DNA from: a virus
Taxonomy: Duplodnaviria; Caudoviricetes
Strand: one strand, 5' to 3'
IMG/VR virus record: IMGVR_UViG_3300031857_000212
Coordinates: 1 to 58,030 of that record
DNA: 58,030 nt
Shown here: piece after piece, positions 36,076-47,685 of the stretch
How positions within the stretch are numbered: the first letter of the stretch is position 1
How the letters are laid out: each line of letters opens with the position of its first letter
Position numbers and translations under genes: made by a program
The notes under the pieces: generated by a model
Told to the model about the DNA's origin: nothing
Seen by the model: the letters and a program-made list of their open reading frames with translations, nothing else
Databases searched by the model: none

Positions 36076-36519
36076 ATGGATTTAAACGAAAACCTTAAAA
36101 TGCAAGGTGCACTTACTGTAACTGTTCGTGCGGAAGATGGAACTATTAAACAAGAGTTTGAAGTACCAAACTTAGTAGTTACTGTCGGTAAAAATTATAT
36201 TGCATCAAGAATGGCTAGTGCCTCTTCAACTGTCATGAGTCATATGGCGATTGGAACTGGAACTGCTAGTCCTGTTGCTGCTGATACTGCTTTAGCTATT
36301 GAAGCTGGACGTGTTGCCTTATCGTCATTCTCAGCATCTGCTAATGTAGTAACTGGAACTGCAACTTTTCCTGCAGGTACTGGCACTGGTGCTATTACAG
36401 AAGCTGCTATTTTAAATGCAGCGTCTAGTGGTACTCTATTATGCAGAACAACTTTCCCTGTCGTGAATAAATTGGCGAGTGACTCTATCGCTATCACTTG
36501 GGTAATCACTGTAAGTTAA
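36076..36519 (+). CDS. virion structural protein
   Basis: NLVVT.G, MAIGTG, ITEA.I.N, D...ITW pattern of tail/baseplate proteins. Confidence 0.7.
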   Translation: MDLNENLKMQGALTVTVRAEDGTIKQEFEVPNLVVTVGKNYIASRMASASSTVMSHMAIGTGTASPVAADTALAIEAGRVALSSFSASANVVTGTATFPAGTGTGAITEAAILNAASSGTLLCRTTFPVVNKLASDSIAITWVITVS

Positions 36520-36529
36520 TTTAAAAAAT

Positions 36530-39500
36530 ATGGCTGATACATCTTCTTTAGTTAAGACAATTCTGCACAATTCAATTGCAGAAGGGTTATACGATGAAAT
36601 CGTAAATAAAAATTCTAGGTATTATTATTTCCTAGGTAAGACTCTTAGCTGGGATGATGAATTCAATCCACCATCACCTATTGATAGCTTTGACTATGAA
36701 CTTAAAACTAGAAATGAAATTATAACTCTTAAAGAAATTAAACCTACAGATGTTGCATTTGTAGTTCCTCGTTATAATTGGGTCAGTTCATCTGTTTATG
36801 ATATGTACGACGACCAATATAGTAAAGAAGTTCAGGGAATTAATCTTATAGATGGCGGTGTGGGATATGCAGTAGCACCGATAGTTTATATCGGTTCTGC
36901 TGGTTCTGTTACATGGACACCAAGTACCGCAGTATCTAAAGGATCTTTCTTACGTGTTGCTTCTGGTTCTACATACCGTTACTATATTTGCTCTACTGCT
37001 GGAGTAACAGCAACGACTGCCCCAACGCATACTACTGGAACATATTCTAATGGTACAGCATCACTAACACATTATAATGTTAGTGATGCTGGCGGTTCAG
37101 GTGCATCTGCAGTAACATATATTTTAGATGGACAAGTTGTAGACATTACTTTAACATCTAGAGGAAATGGGTATGTAACCCCACCTTCAGTTATTATCGC
37201 CTCTATTGGTAATGGTGGCATTTCCGCATATGCTGAAGCTGTAGTTAATATTTCTGCATCAGGACACCAAAAAATAGAAGACTGTAATTATTACGTCTTA
37301 ACTGATGAGTATAATGTATATAAATGTTTAGACAATAATAATGGTGCACTTTCTACGTATAAACCGATTGGAACTACAGTAGATCCAACTCAATATCCAG
37401 ATGGATATGTCTGGAAATTTTTATTCACTGTTCCTGTTGCTCTTAGAAATAAATTCTTAAATGATGAATATATTCCTGTAATTACTGCTCTTAGAAATCA
37501 ATTTTACTCTAATGGAAATTTACAGACTATTAGAGTGGATCAAGCTGGAAGCGGATATACTTTAGGTTCAATCACTGTACAAGGTGATGGATATCTAGAA
37601 GCAAATCCATATTATATCAATGCAAATACTTTAGTTTCTGGTGGAACTTCATATCAGTCAACTTCTTCTATTACTGTTAGTTCACCATACTCTAACATCT
37701 CATCTTGGGTGTCAACTACTTTACTATTAGCAGGACAAAAACTTTCTTATAATAATAACATATATGAAGTAGCTATTTCTGGAACTTCATCAAGTGTTGC
37801 GCCAAGCCATACTAGTGGTATAGTTGCAAATGGAACCTCTGCTTTAAAGTTTGTTGGAACAACAATCACTGGAGATATTACAGTTACTAGTGGTGTTATC
37901 ACAGATTCTATTTTTTATTCTTCATTGAGAGATATTTTAATTTCTTCTTTCGGATATGGATATAATTCTATACCTTCTATAACTATCTCTGCACCGACAT
38001 TCACAGTATCATCAGTTAGTACACCCACAGAGGTTATAACACTAACTTCTATGCATCCTCTGCAAACTGGCCAAATAGTTAATTATTCTTCTGGGGGTAC
38101 TGCAATTGGAGGATTGACTAACGGATTAGCTTATTATGTAATTAGAGATACTAATAAGACTATTAAATTGGCGACTACTTATGCGAATGCTATTGCAGGA
38201 ACTGCAATAAATTTAACTTCTTCTGGGAGTGGAACTCATCGGTTTACATATGAATCTGGTCGGGCGACTGCTACTGCAGTAATGACTGGTGGACACTTGG
38301 TCAGAACTGTAATAACTGCAGAAGGTTCAGGATACACTACAATACCAACTGTAGTTTTTGGAACTGAGTGGGCATCTACTACAGCGTTAACTTTAAATCA
38401 GCAAGTTTTTTATTCTAATAGATTGTATACTGTTACTACTGCAGGTACTACGAGTTCAACTGCACCAGTCCACATTACTGGTTCTGCAACTAATGGAACA
38501 GTAACATTACAATATGTAGGATCTCCAATAACTGGTACAGCGTTAATGAAGTATGGTTCTGGATATTCTTCTATACCTACTGTTAATATTAATTCATTAA
38601 CTGGATCTGGTGGCTCCTTAACTTTATCTGGAGTTAAATCAGAGGCTAAATTAACGCCAATATTTGAAGGTGGTCAATTAACATCTGTTCAAATTGATGA
38701 TGGTGGTGTTGGGTATTCTTATGCTTCGTTAACAGTTAATGGAGATGGGAGTTCAGCCACTATTTCTGCTGATTTATCTCCAGGAGATATTAATACTCTA
38801 CAGGCTAATGTTGAACTATTAACTGTAGATGGAAAAGTTTTTGTAGCGGATATTATTTCTGGTGGGTATGGATATGCTGCTGCTACCGTAACAGTTGATG
38901 GTGATGGTACTGGTGCAACAGCAACTGCAGTTTTAGAAAATGGGCGTGTTAAAAAGATCCACATCACTAATTATGGTAGTGGATATCGTTGGGCGACTAT
39001 AACTATTTCTGGTAATGGTTATGGAGCTAAAGCCAGAGCAATTATTAGTCCATATGGTGGACATGGTAAAAATTCTGTTAATGACTTATATGCTAGAACT
39101 TTGATGTTCTACTCTAATATTTCTTCTGACAAGAATCAAGGATTTATTGTTAATAATGACTACCGCCAATCTGGAATTATAAAGAATCCTAGTCAGTATA
39201 ATTCTACATATGCAGTAACTAATATTATTGCCTCTGCATGTTGGGTTATTTCTGGAAGTATTAGTACAACATTTTTCCCAGTGGATAGCATAATCACAGT
39301 AGCAAACTCTACCAAGCGTTTTAGAATTGTTACTAATACTGGAACTGGAATCTTAGCACAATCACTAGATAATTATGTTCCAATTATTGGAACTACATTT
39401 GTAAATTCTGGTGGAAATACCTTTAGTGCGAGTGCGGTTACTTCTCCGACAATTGATAAATATTCTGGTGATCTTCTTTTTATCGATAACAAACAGGGGT

Positions 39501-39553
39501 TCACCCCAACAGCAGACCAGTCTGTAACACTTAGAACAATTATTAAGTTCTAA
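36530..39553 (+). CDS. baseplate wedge protein (gp8-like) with inserted modules
   Basis: VVPRYNW....YDMY, YVLT..YNVYKCLDNN, DGYVWKFL, NDYRQ.GII.NP, YSGD.L.IDN. Confidence 0.82.
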   Translation: MADTSSLVKTILHNSIAEGLYDEIVNKNSRYYYFLGKTLSWDDEFNPPSPIDSFDYELKTRNEIITLKEIKPTDVAFVVPRYNWVSSSVYDMYDDQYSKEVQGINLIDGGVGYAVAPIVYIGSAGSVTWTPSTAVSKGSFLRVASGSTYRYYICSTAGVTATTAPTHTTGTYSNGTASLTHYNVSDAGGSGASAVTYILDGQVVDITLTSRGNGYVTPPSVIIASIGNGGISAYAEAVVNISASGHQKIEDCNYYVLTDEYNVYKCLDNNNGALSTYKPIGTTVDPTQYPDGYVWKFLFTVPVALRNKFLNDEYIPVITALRNQFYSNGNLQTIRVDQAGSGYTLGSITVQGDGYLEANPYYINANTLVSGGTSYQSTSSITVSSPYSNISSWVSTTLLLAGQKLSYNNNIYEVAISGTSSSVAPSHTSGIVANGTSALKFVGTTITGDITVTSGVITDSIFYSSLRDILISSFGYGYNSIPSITISAPTFTVSSVSTPTEVITLTSMHPLQTGQIVNYSSGGTAIGGLTNGLAYYVIRDTNKTIKLATTYANAIAGTAINLTSSGSGTHRFTYESGRATATAVMTGGHLVRTVITAEGSGYTTIPTVVFGTEWASTTALTLNQQVFYSNRLYTVTTAGTTSSTAPVHITGSATNGTVTLQYVGSPITGTALMKYGSGYSSIPTVNINSLTGSGGSLTLSGVKSEAKLTPIFEGGQLTSVQIDDGGVGYSYASLTVNGDGSSATISADLSPGDINTLQANVELLTVDGKVFVADIISGGYGYAAATVTVDGDGTGATATAVLENGRVKKIHITNYGSGYRWATITISGNGYGAKARAIISPYGGHGKNSVNDLYARTLMFYSNISSDKNQGFIVNNDYRQSGIIKNPSQYNSTYAVTNIIASACWVISGSISTTFFPVDSIITVANSTKRFRIVTNTGTGILAQSLDNYVPIIGTTFVNSGGNTFSASAVTSPTIDKYSGDLLFIDNKQGFTPTADQSVTLRTIIKF

Positions 39554-39595
39554 TAGATAGAATAAATACTCTAACAAAGTAAGAGAAAAAAACAA

Positions 39596-42500
39596 ATGAT
39601 AGATTTTAACACAGAACCATACAATGATGACTTCGACGAAGACAATAAATTCCATAGAATTTTATTTCGTCCAAGTTTTGCGGTTCAAGCACGTGAATTA
39701 ACTCAATTACAAACGATTCTTCAGAATCAAATTAAGCGTCATGGTGACCACATATTCACCCAAGGTGCTATGGTTATTCCAGGACAAGTTTCAATTGATA
39801 CTGGAATTAGTTATGTTAAGTTGCAGCCACTTTACGCTGGTGCAGCTGTTGAGACTTATCTTTCCAATATAGAAGGTAAAGTTATTGTAGGTGAAAATGG
39901 TCTTCAAGCTAAAATACTAAAAGTAATTCCTGCCACTGGATCTGATCCTGCTACAATTTATATTCGTTATATTAATTCAGCGAATGACAATACAACCAAA
40001 ACTTTCGCCAATGAAGAAATTTTAACACCAGTTGATACTTTATTGAATGCATATAAAGTTCAGGCTATAACTACTGCAGCAACTGGCAATGGTTCTCTTG
40101 CAACTGTTGAACGTGGTGTTTATTATGTAAATGGATATTTCGTTCTCTGTGAAACGCAGACAATCGTCTTAGACAAATATACTAATACACCATCATATAG
40201 AGTTGGTTTGACTGTTGATGAGAAGCTAATTACTCCAGAAGATACTGGATATGATATGCTTCTTGATAATGCACAGAATAGCTACAACTACGCTGCTCCA
40301 GGAGCACATCGCTATTTTATCGATTTGATCTTAGATACAAAGGGATTGACTGCTACTACCGATGAAGATTTCGTTGAACTTCTTCGTGTAGAAAATGGCG
40401 AGATCAAACGCCATACTGTAAACACAGAATATTCTATAATAGAAAAAACTCTAGCTCGTCGTACATATGATGAGTCTGGAGATTATACAGTACGCCCATT
40501 TAAAATTGACGTACGTGAACATAGAAATAATAACAGAGGTGCATGGACATCTAATACTACATATCAAATCGGTGACGTTGTAACTAGCAACTCTAAAACA
40601 TATGTAGCTAAAAACACTGGTACATCTATTAACACTACTCCAGCGCATACATCTGGTTTAGCATATGATGGTCCAGGATCTACTGGTATTCAGTGGGAGT
40701 ATAACATCTCTCCACATTATAATCGTGGAATTTATACACCGACAGCTGGTGGAGATTCTTCTAAACTTGCTATTGGTCTAGAGCCAGGAAAAGCATACGT
40801 TCAGGGATATGAGATCGAAAAGATCGCCACTGAATATGTAACAATTAACAAGGCACGTGACTTTGTTCAAGTAGACAATGCTGTAATTCCAGCCACTGTT
40901 GGAAATTACTTAATTGTAAATAATTTAAATAATCTACCTCCGATTGATACATTCGATTCAGTTAATTTGTATGATCGGTTCATGACTACAGATGGAACAG
41001 TTCCATCTGGTGCCACTCTTGTTGGTACAGCTAGAATCCGTGGTATTGAACTGCATAATCTTGGTGCTGGTGGTGATGTTGCTCAATATAAAGTATTCTT
41101 ATTCGATATTAAAATGAATACTGGAGTTACTTTCAGCGATAAAGTTAAATCTTTATATTATAATATTTCTAGTGACCCACAACTAAGTTTTTCTGCAGAT
41201 TTGGTCGGTGAGACAGAACGTCTGGTTGGTTCTTCACTAACATCATATACAAGTAGTGGTTATACAACACAAGGTTCTGGTACGTATATTCTTGGTACTG
41301 GGTCATCATTCCAAACTAACCTCGCAGTTGGTGATTGGATTTATGTTGGAACTAATCGTGTTCGGGTGACATCGATCGATTCTCAATCTAGAATACAAAT
41401 TGATACTGCAATTAACGTAGTTGGATCAACTATTGATAAAATAACTACTCAAGTTAAAGAGCCTGAGAATAATATTTTATTATATCAATTCCCATACTCT
41501 GCCATTAAGTCTGTTCGTAGTTCTTCAGGGACTAATGATACATCATACACCGTAATGCAGAAATTCACTGGAACTACTTCATCTGCTTCTGGTGGTACAT
41601 GTACGTTGACTGTAACTACTACAAGCGGAACATTTGCTTCAGCTGCTGATTCTGATAATTATCTATTAGCGTCTAATGATGCTACCACTGGTGGTGGAAT
41701 TGTTATTCCATCTGCAATAGTAGTTTCTGGATCAACAGTACAGTTTACTCTATCATCAACTTATGCATCGCAAAACTTTGTTGTTGTTGGAACAGTTAAT
41801 AAGTCTGGTTCTACTTTAACAGAGAAAGCTAAAACACTCACTTCCTCAACTGTAACATTTACCACTCAAGCTACTGCCACTAAGTCTATATTGAACTTAG
41901 CTAAAGCTGATGGATATCGTCTAGTTAGTGTTAAGATGGATACAGGGACATTTGCTTCCGCAACTGGTGTTTATAGTATTGATATTACTGACAGATACGA
42001 GTTTGACAATGGTCAAAGAGATACTCACTATGATGTTGCGACATTAGTACTAAAGTCATCTTATGTTGCTCCAACTGCACCAATTAGTGTTGAATTTGAA
42101 TTCTTTACACACTCAACTGGTGATTATTTTACAGTAAATTCATATCCAGCTAATGTGGCATATGATGCAATTCCTTTCTTTGCTGGTGTTTCTTTACGTG
42201 ATGTTATTGATTTCCGACCACGTGTTGATAATAATGGAACTACGTTTACTGGGTCGGGTTCATCTAGCTCATTAGTGCTCAAACGTGGTGCTGATATTCG
42301 TGCAGATTATACTTACTATTTGGCACGTAAGACTAAGATTGCTATCGATTTCTCTGGAAATTTCTTTTCTATTGATGGTGTATCTTCTTTAAATCCAGGT
42401 GAACCACTAGATCCATCACTTGGTATGGTTCTGTATAATTTATCATTAGAGCCATATACTTTCGGTGTTTCAACATCAAGCGTTCAGATATCTTCTGTAG

Positions 42501-45500
42501 ATAACAAACGATACACTATGCGTGATATCGGTAAGTTAGAGAAACGTATTGATAATCTTGAATATTATACTTCGTTGTCATTATTAGAACAAGAGACAGA
42601 ATCTTTAAATATTGTAGATTCTTCTGGATTAGATAGATTTAAAAATGGATTTATTGTAGATGGGTTTACTGGTCATAATGTTGGTGATGTAACGTCACCA
42701 GATTATCTGTGTTCTATTGACATGGAGAATGGTGAACTTCGTCCATTCTACTCAATGCAGAACATTAATCTTATTGAAAAGAATTCATCTAACTCTGCTA
42801 GAACTGCTGCTAATTACCAGCTATATGGTGATGTTATTACCCTTCCAGTATTAGAGCATCTACCTCTTGTTAAACAAGAGTATGCTTCTCGTTTAGAAAA
42901 TATCAATCCATTTGCTATCTTTACATTCTTGGGTCAAGTTACTCTAACACCTTCTTCAGATGACTGGTTTGAGGTTGATCGTCGCCCAGATATTGTAAAT
43001 AACTTAGAAGGTAACTTCTCTGCTGTTCAGACTGTTGTTGAACGTGCTGGTGTTCTTGGTACTATTTGGAATGCGTGGCAGAATCAATGGACAGGAGCGC
43101 CAGCTTTAACAAACCAAAGACTGTCTGCAATTAATACTGGCTGGGGTGCTGCTTGGTGGCAAACTAATGCTACGTTCGATCAGTTAGTTGGGCTTGCTGG
43201 TCGTGGTGCAGGTGGTGGTGCTCGTCGAGAAGTTACTGTAGAGTCAACAGCTACTCAAATTGGACAAAGCCGCACTGGTGTTAAAACTACATTAGTTGCT
43301 AGAATCGATAGAGAAATTATAGCTGATAGAGTTCTTTCTACAGCAGTTATTCCATACATCCGTTCTAGAAATATTCTAGTTCAAGTTAAAGGGTTAAAAC
43401 CTAATACTCGTTTCTATTCATTCTTTGATGATGTTGCTGTATCTAATTTTTGTACAGCAGCAGGCAAACTAGTATATACTCCATCTACTGGTGAATTTGA
43501 CGATTCAACCAACGTTGGTGGTCTTTCTTCTGAAACTGCTCGTCGCATTGGCGGTGACTCTCAAGTATGTTTGAATCGTGGTGATGTTATCGCTGGTTCA
43601 ACTTCTGGAGCAACTGCAATTGTTGTTGGTAAAGAATATAACTCTGCAACTGGAGTCTATGCTCTATTTGTACAAAATGTAAAGGGTACATTCTCTGCAT
43701 CAGAACAACTAATTGGTTCTGTTTCTGGAGCAAGAGGAACATTCGGATCTATTACGGTTCCTCTTACAGCTGATCCATTAGTTTCTAACTTCAATGGTGA
43801 TTTAAATGTATTGTTTAATATTCCAAATACAGATTCAGTTCGTTTCCGTACTGGTCAACGTGAATTTAAATTAGTTGATAATGTAGCTGCGCAAGGTGAT
43901 TTTACATCACGTGGTCGTGCTATTTACCGTGCAGAAGGTATTTTAGAAACTCGCCAGCAAACTGTTAATGCAGTCCGTAATGCTCAACTCGCTGAAGAGC
44001 AACTTCGTGATAATAGGGTTATTGTCGAAACTTCAGATAGAGTAGTTGCTGATACTGGATGGTATGATCCTCTGGCACAAACATTCTTAGTTCGTCAAAC
44101 TGGCGGAGCATTCTTAACTAAGATTGATATTTTCTTTGCTTCTAAAGATGATAAGGTTCCAGTTAATATTGAAATTCGTGAAGTGGTTAATGGATATCCA
44201 GGAAAACGTGTTCTACCTTTTTCTAAAGTATCTTTAAAACCAGAACAAGTTAATTTATCTTCTAGCACAGTTTCTGTGGGTGGCATTCCAACTCCATCTT
44301 ATGATACTGCTACAACTTTTAACTTCCCTTCTCCTGTTTATGTTCAGGATAATTCAGAATATGCGATCGTTCTTTCTTCAGATTCTAATAATTATAAAGT
44401 TTGGATCTCTCAGCTTGGTGATTTAATTCCAGGTTCTTCTAGAACGATTTCTGAGCAGCCGTATATGGGTGTGTTCTTTAAATCTCAAAATGCATCTACA
44501 TGGTCAGCAGATCAAAATCAAGATTTGAAGTTTACCATCTATCGTGCAAAGTTTGATATTAATGCCGTTGGTAATATAGAATTTGTTAATGATGTTCTAC
44601 CATACCAAAATTTGGGCAAGGATCCTCTAGAGATTAAATCTGGTGTCACGAAGGTTCGTGTATATCAGAAAGACCACGGCATGGCAGCTTCTTCTAGAGT
44701 TGTTATTACCGATTCAGATTCGACTAAATTGACAGGAACTCTTGGTACTGGTACTATTGCAACTAATACTGCTAATACTACAGTTACGGGTGTTGGTACT
44801 GCATTTAGTACGCAGCTTGCGGTTGGAACAACAATTTACAATAGTAGTGGAACTTATATCGGTAAAATTGCTTCTATCGCATCGAACACTTCTGCAACTC
44901 TTTCTGCTAACGCAATTGCGACTATGAGTGCTGGTTCTGCATTTAATTATGCTTCACCAATATTTGGTGTTCCGAACACTGAGTTATATACCACACATAT
45001 TATTAGTGATGTAGATATTGATTCTTATTGTATTACCGTCTCTACAACACCAACTTCTAGTGGCTATACTGGTGGTTCTACTATTCGTGCAACTAGAAAC
45101 TTACAATATGATGGTGTTCAACCAAGTGTTCAATTACAAACTTTCTCAGATACAATGACCACTTTTGGTATTAAAGGCACTAGTGGAAAGTCTGTAGATA
45201 GCTCAACACAGGTTGCGTATGTTGCTGATAGTGGTTATAGTGGGCTCTTGGCTAATGAGAATAACTATTTCTTTGCTCCAAAACTAGTGGCTTCAGAGGT
45301 TAATGAAAACAATAATCTTGGGGGTAATAAGTCTGTTACGTTTAATATTACAATGCAGACTTCTAATGATTCATTGTCTCCAATTTTAGATACGCAACGT
45401 ATTAGTTTAATCGGTATTAATAACAAGATTAATGCACCAACATTCGATAATATGAATGTTGGTGGTATTGATGATAAGGTTCTTTTATCAGCAAATACGA

Positions 45501-46114
45501 CTATTGCTTTCTCTGGAAGTACTATTACTACTACTAATGCTACCGCACGGGGAATCCTACAAGCAACAGCTGTTGGTAAATATGTAACTATTTCTGGATC
45601 TACCAGTGCATTAAATGATGGAACTTTCTTAGTTACTAAAGTAATTGATAATGGTTCTACAACTACTGTTACTTTAAGTGCTACATTTACTACGCAATCA
45701 GCTGGGGCTGCAATAACTATTACACAGAAAGATTTCTTCGTAGATGAGATCGCACCAAGTGATAGTTCTTCTTATAGCAAATATGTAACTAAGAAGATAA
45801 ACTTAGCTAATAGTTCTAATTATGTTCGTGTTAAGTTTGCAGCAAGTATTCCAGCTGATGCTACAGTTGACGTTTACTATAAAATATCTGAAGTTGGTGT
45901 TACTCATGCATTTGATACTTCTAATTGGAATCTAATGTATTCTGATAATCCAATAGTTAATGTTCAGTTAGGTAGTGATAGATTTATTGATATGAATTAT
46001 TCCACAACAACTTCTGTAATGTTTGATTCAATTCAGATTAAATTAGTTATGAAATCTGCAAATACATCTGCGGTTCCTAGACTTAAAGATCTTCGTGTAA
46101 TCGCTTGTGCATAA
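39596..46114 (+). CDS. large virion structural protein (DUF4815/VrlC-like)
   Basis: PY.DDF, RILFRP..AVQARELTQLQ, APGA.R, RYTMRDIGKLEKRI.NLEYY, DPLAQTF, FKSQN.STW, VPRLKDLR.IA. Confidence 0.85.
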   Translation: MIDFNTEPYNDDFDEDNKFHRILFRPSFAVQARELTQLQTILQNQIKRHGDHIFTQGAMVIPGQVSIDTGISYVKLQPLYAGAAVETYLSNIEGKVIVGENGLQAKILKVIPATGSDPATIYIRYINSANDNTTKTFANEEILTPVDTLLNAYKVQAITTAATGNGSLATVERGVYYVNGYFVLCETQTIVLDKYTNTPSYRVGLTVDEKLITPEDTGYDMLLDNAQNSYNYAAPGAHRYFIDLILDTKGLTATTDEDFVELLRVENGEIKRHTVNTEYSIIEKTLARRTYDESGDYTVRPFKIDVREHRNNNRGAWTSNTTYQIGDVVTSNSKTYVAKNTGTSINTTPAHTSGLAYDGPGSTGIQWEYNISPHYNRGIYTPTAGGDSSKLAIGLEPGKAYVQGYEIEKIATEYVTINKARDFVQVDNAVIPATVGNYLIVNNLNNLPPIDTFDSVNLYDRFMTTDGTVPSGATLVGTARIRGIELHNLGAGGDVAQYKVFLFDIKMNTGVTFSDKVKSLYYNISSDPQLSFSADLVGETERLVGSSLTSYTSSGYTTQGSGTYILGTGSSFQTNLAVGDWIYVGTNRVRVTSIDSQSRIQIDTAINVVGSTIDKITTQVKEPENNILLYQFPYSAIKSVRSSSGTNDTSYTVMQKFTGTTSSASGGTCTLTVTTTSGTFASAADSDNYLLASNDATTGGGIVIPSAIVVSGSTVQFTLSSTYASQNFVVVGTVNKSGSTLTEKAKTLTSSTVTFTTQATATKSILNLAKADGYRLVSVKMDTGTFASATGVYSIDITDRYEFDNGQRDTHYDVATLVLKSSYVAPTAPISVEFEFFTHSTGDYFTVNSYPANVAYDAIPFFAGVSLRDVIDFRPRVDNNGTTFTGSGSSSSLVLKRGADIRADYTYYLARKTKIAIDFSGNFFSIDGVSSLNPGEPLDPSLGMVLYNLSLEPYTFGVSTSSVQISSVDNKRYTMRDIGKLEKRIDNLEYYTSLSLLEQETESLNIVDSSGLDRFKNGFIVDGFTGHNVGDVTSPDYLCSIDMENGELRPFYSMQNINLIEKNSSNSARTAANYQLYGDVITLPVLEHLPLVKQEYASRLENINPFAIFTFLGQVTLTPSSDDWFEVDRRPDIVNNLEGNFSAVQTVVERAGVLGTIWNAWQNQWTGAPALTNQRLSAINTGWGAAWWQTNATFDQLVGLAGRGAGGGARREVTVESTATQIGQSRTGVKTTLVARIDREIIADRVLSTAVIPYIRSRNILVQVKGLKPNTRFYSFFDDVAVSNFCTAAGKLVYTPSTGEFDDSTNVGGLSSETARRIGGDSQVCLNRGDVIAGSTSGATAIVVGKEYNSATGVYALFVQNVKGTFSASEQLIGSVSGARGTFGSITVPLTADPLVSNFNGDLNVLFNIPNTDSVRFRTGQREFKLVDNVAAQGDFTSRGRAIYRAEGILETRQQTVNAVRNAQLAEEQLRDNRVIVETSDRVVADTGWYDPLAQTFLVRQTGGAFLTKIDIFFASKDDKVPVNIEIREVVNGYPGKRVLPFSKVSLKPEQVNLSSSTVSVGGIPTPSYDTATTFNFPSPVYVQDNSEYAIVLSSDSNNYKVWISQLGDLIPGSSRTISEQPYMGVFFKSQNASTWSADQNQDLKFTIYRAKFDINAVGNIEFVNDVLPYQNLGKDPLEIKSGVTKVRVYQKDHGMAASSRVVITDSDSTKLTGTLGTGTIATNTANTTVTGVGTAFSTQLAVGTTIYNSSGTYIGKIASIASNTSATLSANAIATMSAGSAFNYASPIFGVPNTELYTTHIISDVDIDSYCITVSTTPTSSGYTGGSTIRATRNLQYDGVQPSVQLQTFSDTMTTFGIKGTSGKSVDSSTQVAYVADSGYSGLLANENNYFFAPKLVASEVNENNNLGGNKSVTFNITMQTSNDSLSPILDTQRISLIGINNKINAPTFDNMNVGGIDDKVLLSANTTIAFSGSTITTTNATARGILQATAVGKYVTISGSTSALNDGTFLVTKVIDNGSTTTVTLSATFTTQSAGAAITITQKDFFVDEIAPSDSSSYSKYVTKKINLANSSNYVRVKFAASIPADATVDVYYKISEVGVTHAFDTSNWNLMYSDNPIVNVQLGSDRFIDMNYSTTTSVMFDSIQIKLVMKSANTSAVPRLKDLRVIACA

Positions 46115-46344
46115 TGCAAATAGTAAATATTGATGGAAAAGATGGACTGGTGCGTGATACTAGCACCAGAGCCATCATAAATATAAACAAGATAGAATAT
46201 GAAAATCATCTGGTCAAAAGAGAGCAATCTCGAATTAAGCAAGACCAGATAGACCAACATTCTAAAGAAATAAATAGTATTAAAGAAGACATAACCGAAC
46301 TAAAACAGATACTTCTGTCATTAGTTGATAAATTCCAAAGGTAA
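46114..46344 (+). CDS. small coiled-coil protein
   Basis: LVRD..TRAIIN, EI..IK.DI.ELK..L. Confidence 0.75.
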   Translation: MQIVNIDGKDGLVRDTSTRAIININKIEYENHLVKREQSRIKQDQIDQHSKEINSIKEDITELKQILLSLVDKFQR

Positions 46345-46352
46345 GGAAAACA

Positions 46353-47390
46353 ATGGCGACATTAACGCTAAGATTAGTTAAAGGAAGTCCACTCACTAAC
46401 ACAGAGGTGGATAATAACTTTACTGCTCTAAATACAGACCTAAGTGCCAAACTAGACACTTCTACATATACTGCAGCTGATATTTTAACAAAAATAAAAA
46501 CTGTTGATGGTGTTGGATCTGGTTTAGATGCTGACTTATTAGATGGATTATCCGCAGCTACTGCCAACACGGTATCTACTGTTGTTGCACGTGATGCTTC
46601 TGGTAACTTCTCTGCTGGAACTATTACTGCTAGTTTAACTGGTACAGCTTCTCTAGCTACCAGTCTTGCAGGTGGTGCAGCAGGAAGTGTTCCATATCAG
46701 AGTGCTGCTGGGGTGACTGCTCTATTGGCAGCTGGTACATCTGGTCAGCTTTTACAATCTACTGGCACTGCAGTACAGTGGGTTACTCCATCTTCTAGTA
46801 TCAACGCTAGTAGTGTTAACAGCAAAACCTTCGGTACGTTTACTACTGGTGGAATTCTTTACGCAAGTAGCACTACGAATGCCGAAAGTATAGGAGCAGG
46901 AACTGTAGGGCAAGCACTGATTTCTAATGGAACTAGCGCACCAACATGGGGAACAGTAGGTGTTTCATTATCTGACGATACTACAAACATTGCATCTACG
47001 TTTTATCCAGCTTTATCTACTATAACAACTGGTAACTTAACATCAGCTGTAGTTTCTTCTACTAAGTTATACTATCAACCAAGCACTGGGACTCTTAACG
47101 CTACTGGTTTTAATTCTCTTTCTGATGCATCATTGAAAACCAATGTTGTTAGAATTACGAATGCTGTAGAAACAATTAAGAAAATTGATGGAGTAGAGTT
47201 CGATTGGATCGAAAATTCTAAAAAATCTTCTGGTGTTATTGCTCAGTTATTAGAAAATATCTTACCACACTTAGTAGAAACTAATGATGCTGGTATTAAA
47301 TCAGTTAACTATGCAGGCTTGAGTGCTTATCTATTAGAGAGCATAAAAGAACTTAACTCCAGAATCGAAGAGTTAGAAAAGCATAAATAA
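46353..47390 (+). CDS. tail fibre protein with C-terminal peptidase S74 intramolecular chaperone
   Basis: DG.GSGLDADLLDG; SDASLKTN, GV.FDW, GVIAQ, V.Y....L.ESIKEL. Confidence 0.85.
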   Translation: MATLTLRLVKGSPLTNTEVDNNFTALNTDLSAKLDTSTYTAADILTKIKTVDGVGSGLDADLLDGLSAATANTVSTVVARDASGNFSAGTITASLTGTASLATSLAGGAAGSVPYQSAAGVTALLAAGTSGQLLQSTGTAVQWVTPSSSINASSVNSKTFGTFTTGGILYASSTTNAESIGAGTVGQALISNGTSAPTWGTVGVSLSDDTTNIASTFYPALSTITTGNLTSAVVSSTKLYYQPSTGTLNATGFNSLSDASLKTNVVRITNAVETIKKIDGVEFDWIENSKKSSGVIAQLLENILPHLVETNDAGIKSVNYAGLSAYLLESIKELNSRIEELEKHK

Positions 47391-47418
47391 AACATAGTCG
47401 AGTTCAAGGAGAGCGAAG

Positions 47419-47670
47419 ATGGCAATAAAAATTCAAGGTGATACTGTTATTGATGATAGTAAAAATATTACTGTTAATACAGCAGTGTTTACCACTACTG
47501 GTGCAATTACTTTACCAAAAGGTACAGAGGAGCAAAAGCCAGTTTCTCCTGCGACAGGAATGATCCGCTATAATACAGATAGTAATCGTGTAGAGTTTTA
47601 TGATGGAACTTCATGGGGTTCCGCATTTAGATCGATTAGCGGTAAACTATATTTCTTAGGTTCAAATTAA
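47419..47670 (+). CDS. short fibre-module protein
   Basis: LP.GT....P, GMIRYNT....EFYDGT.W. Confidence 0.75.
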   Translation: MAIKIQGDTVIDDSKNITVNTAVFTTTGAITLPKGTEEQKPVSPATGMIRYNTDSNRVEFYDGTSWGSAFRSISGKLYFLGSN

Positions 47671-47685
47671 TAGGAGAAATAATAA

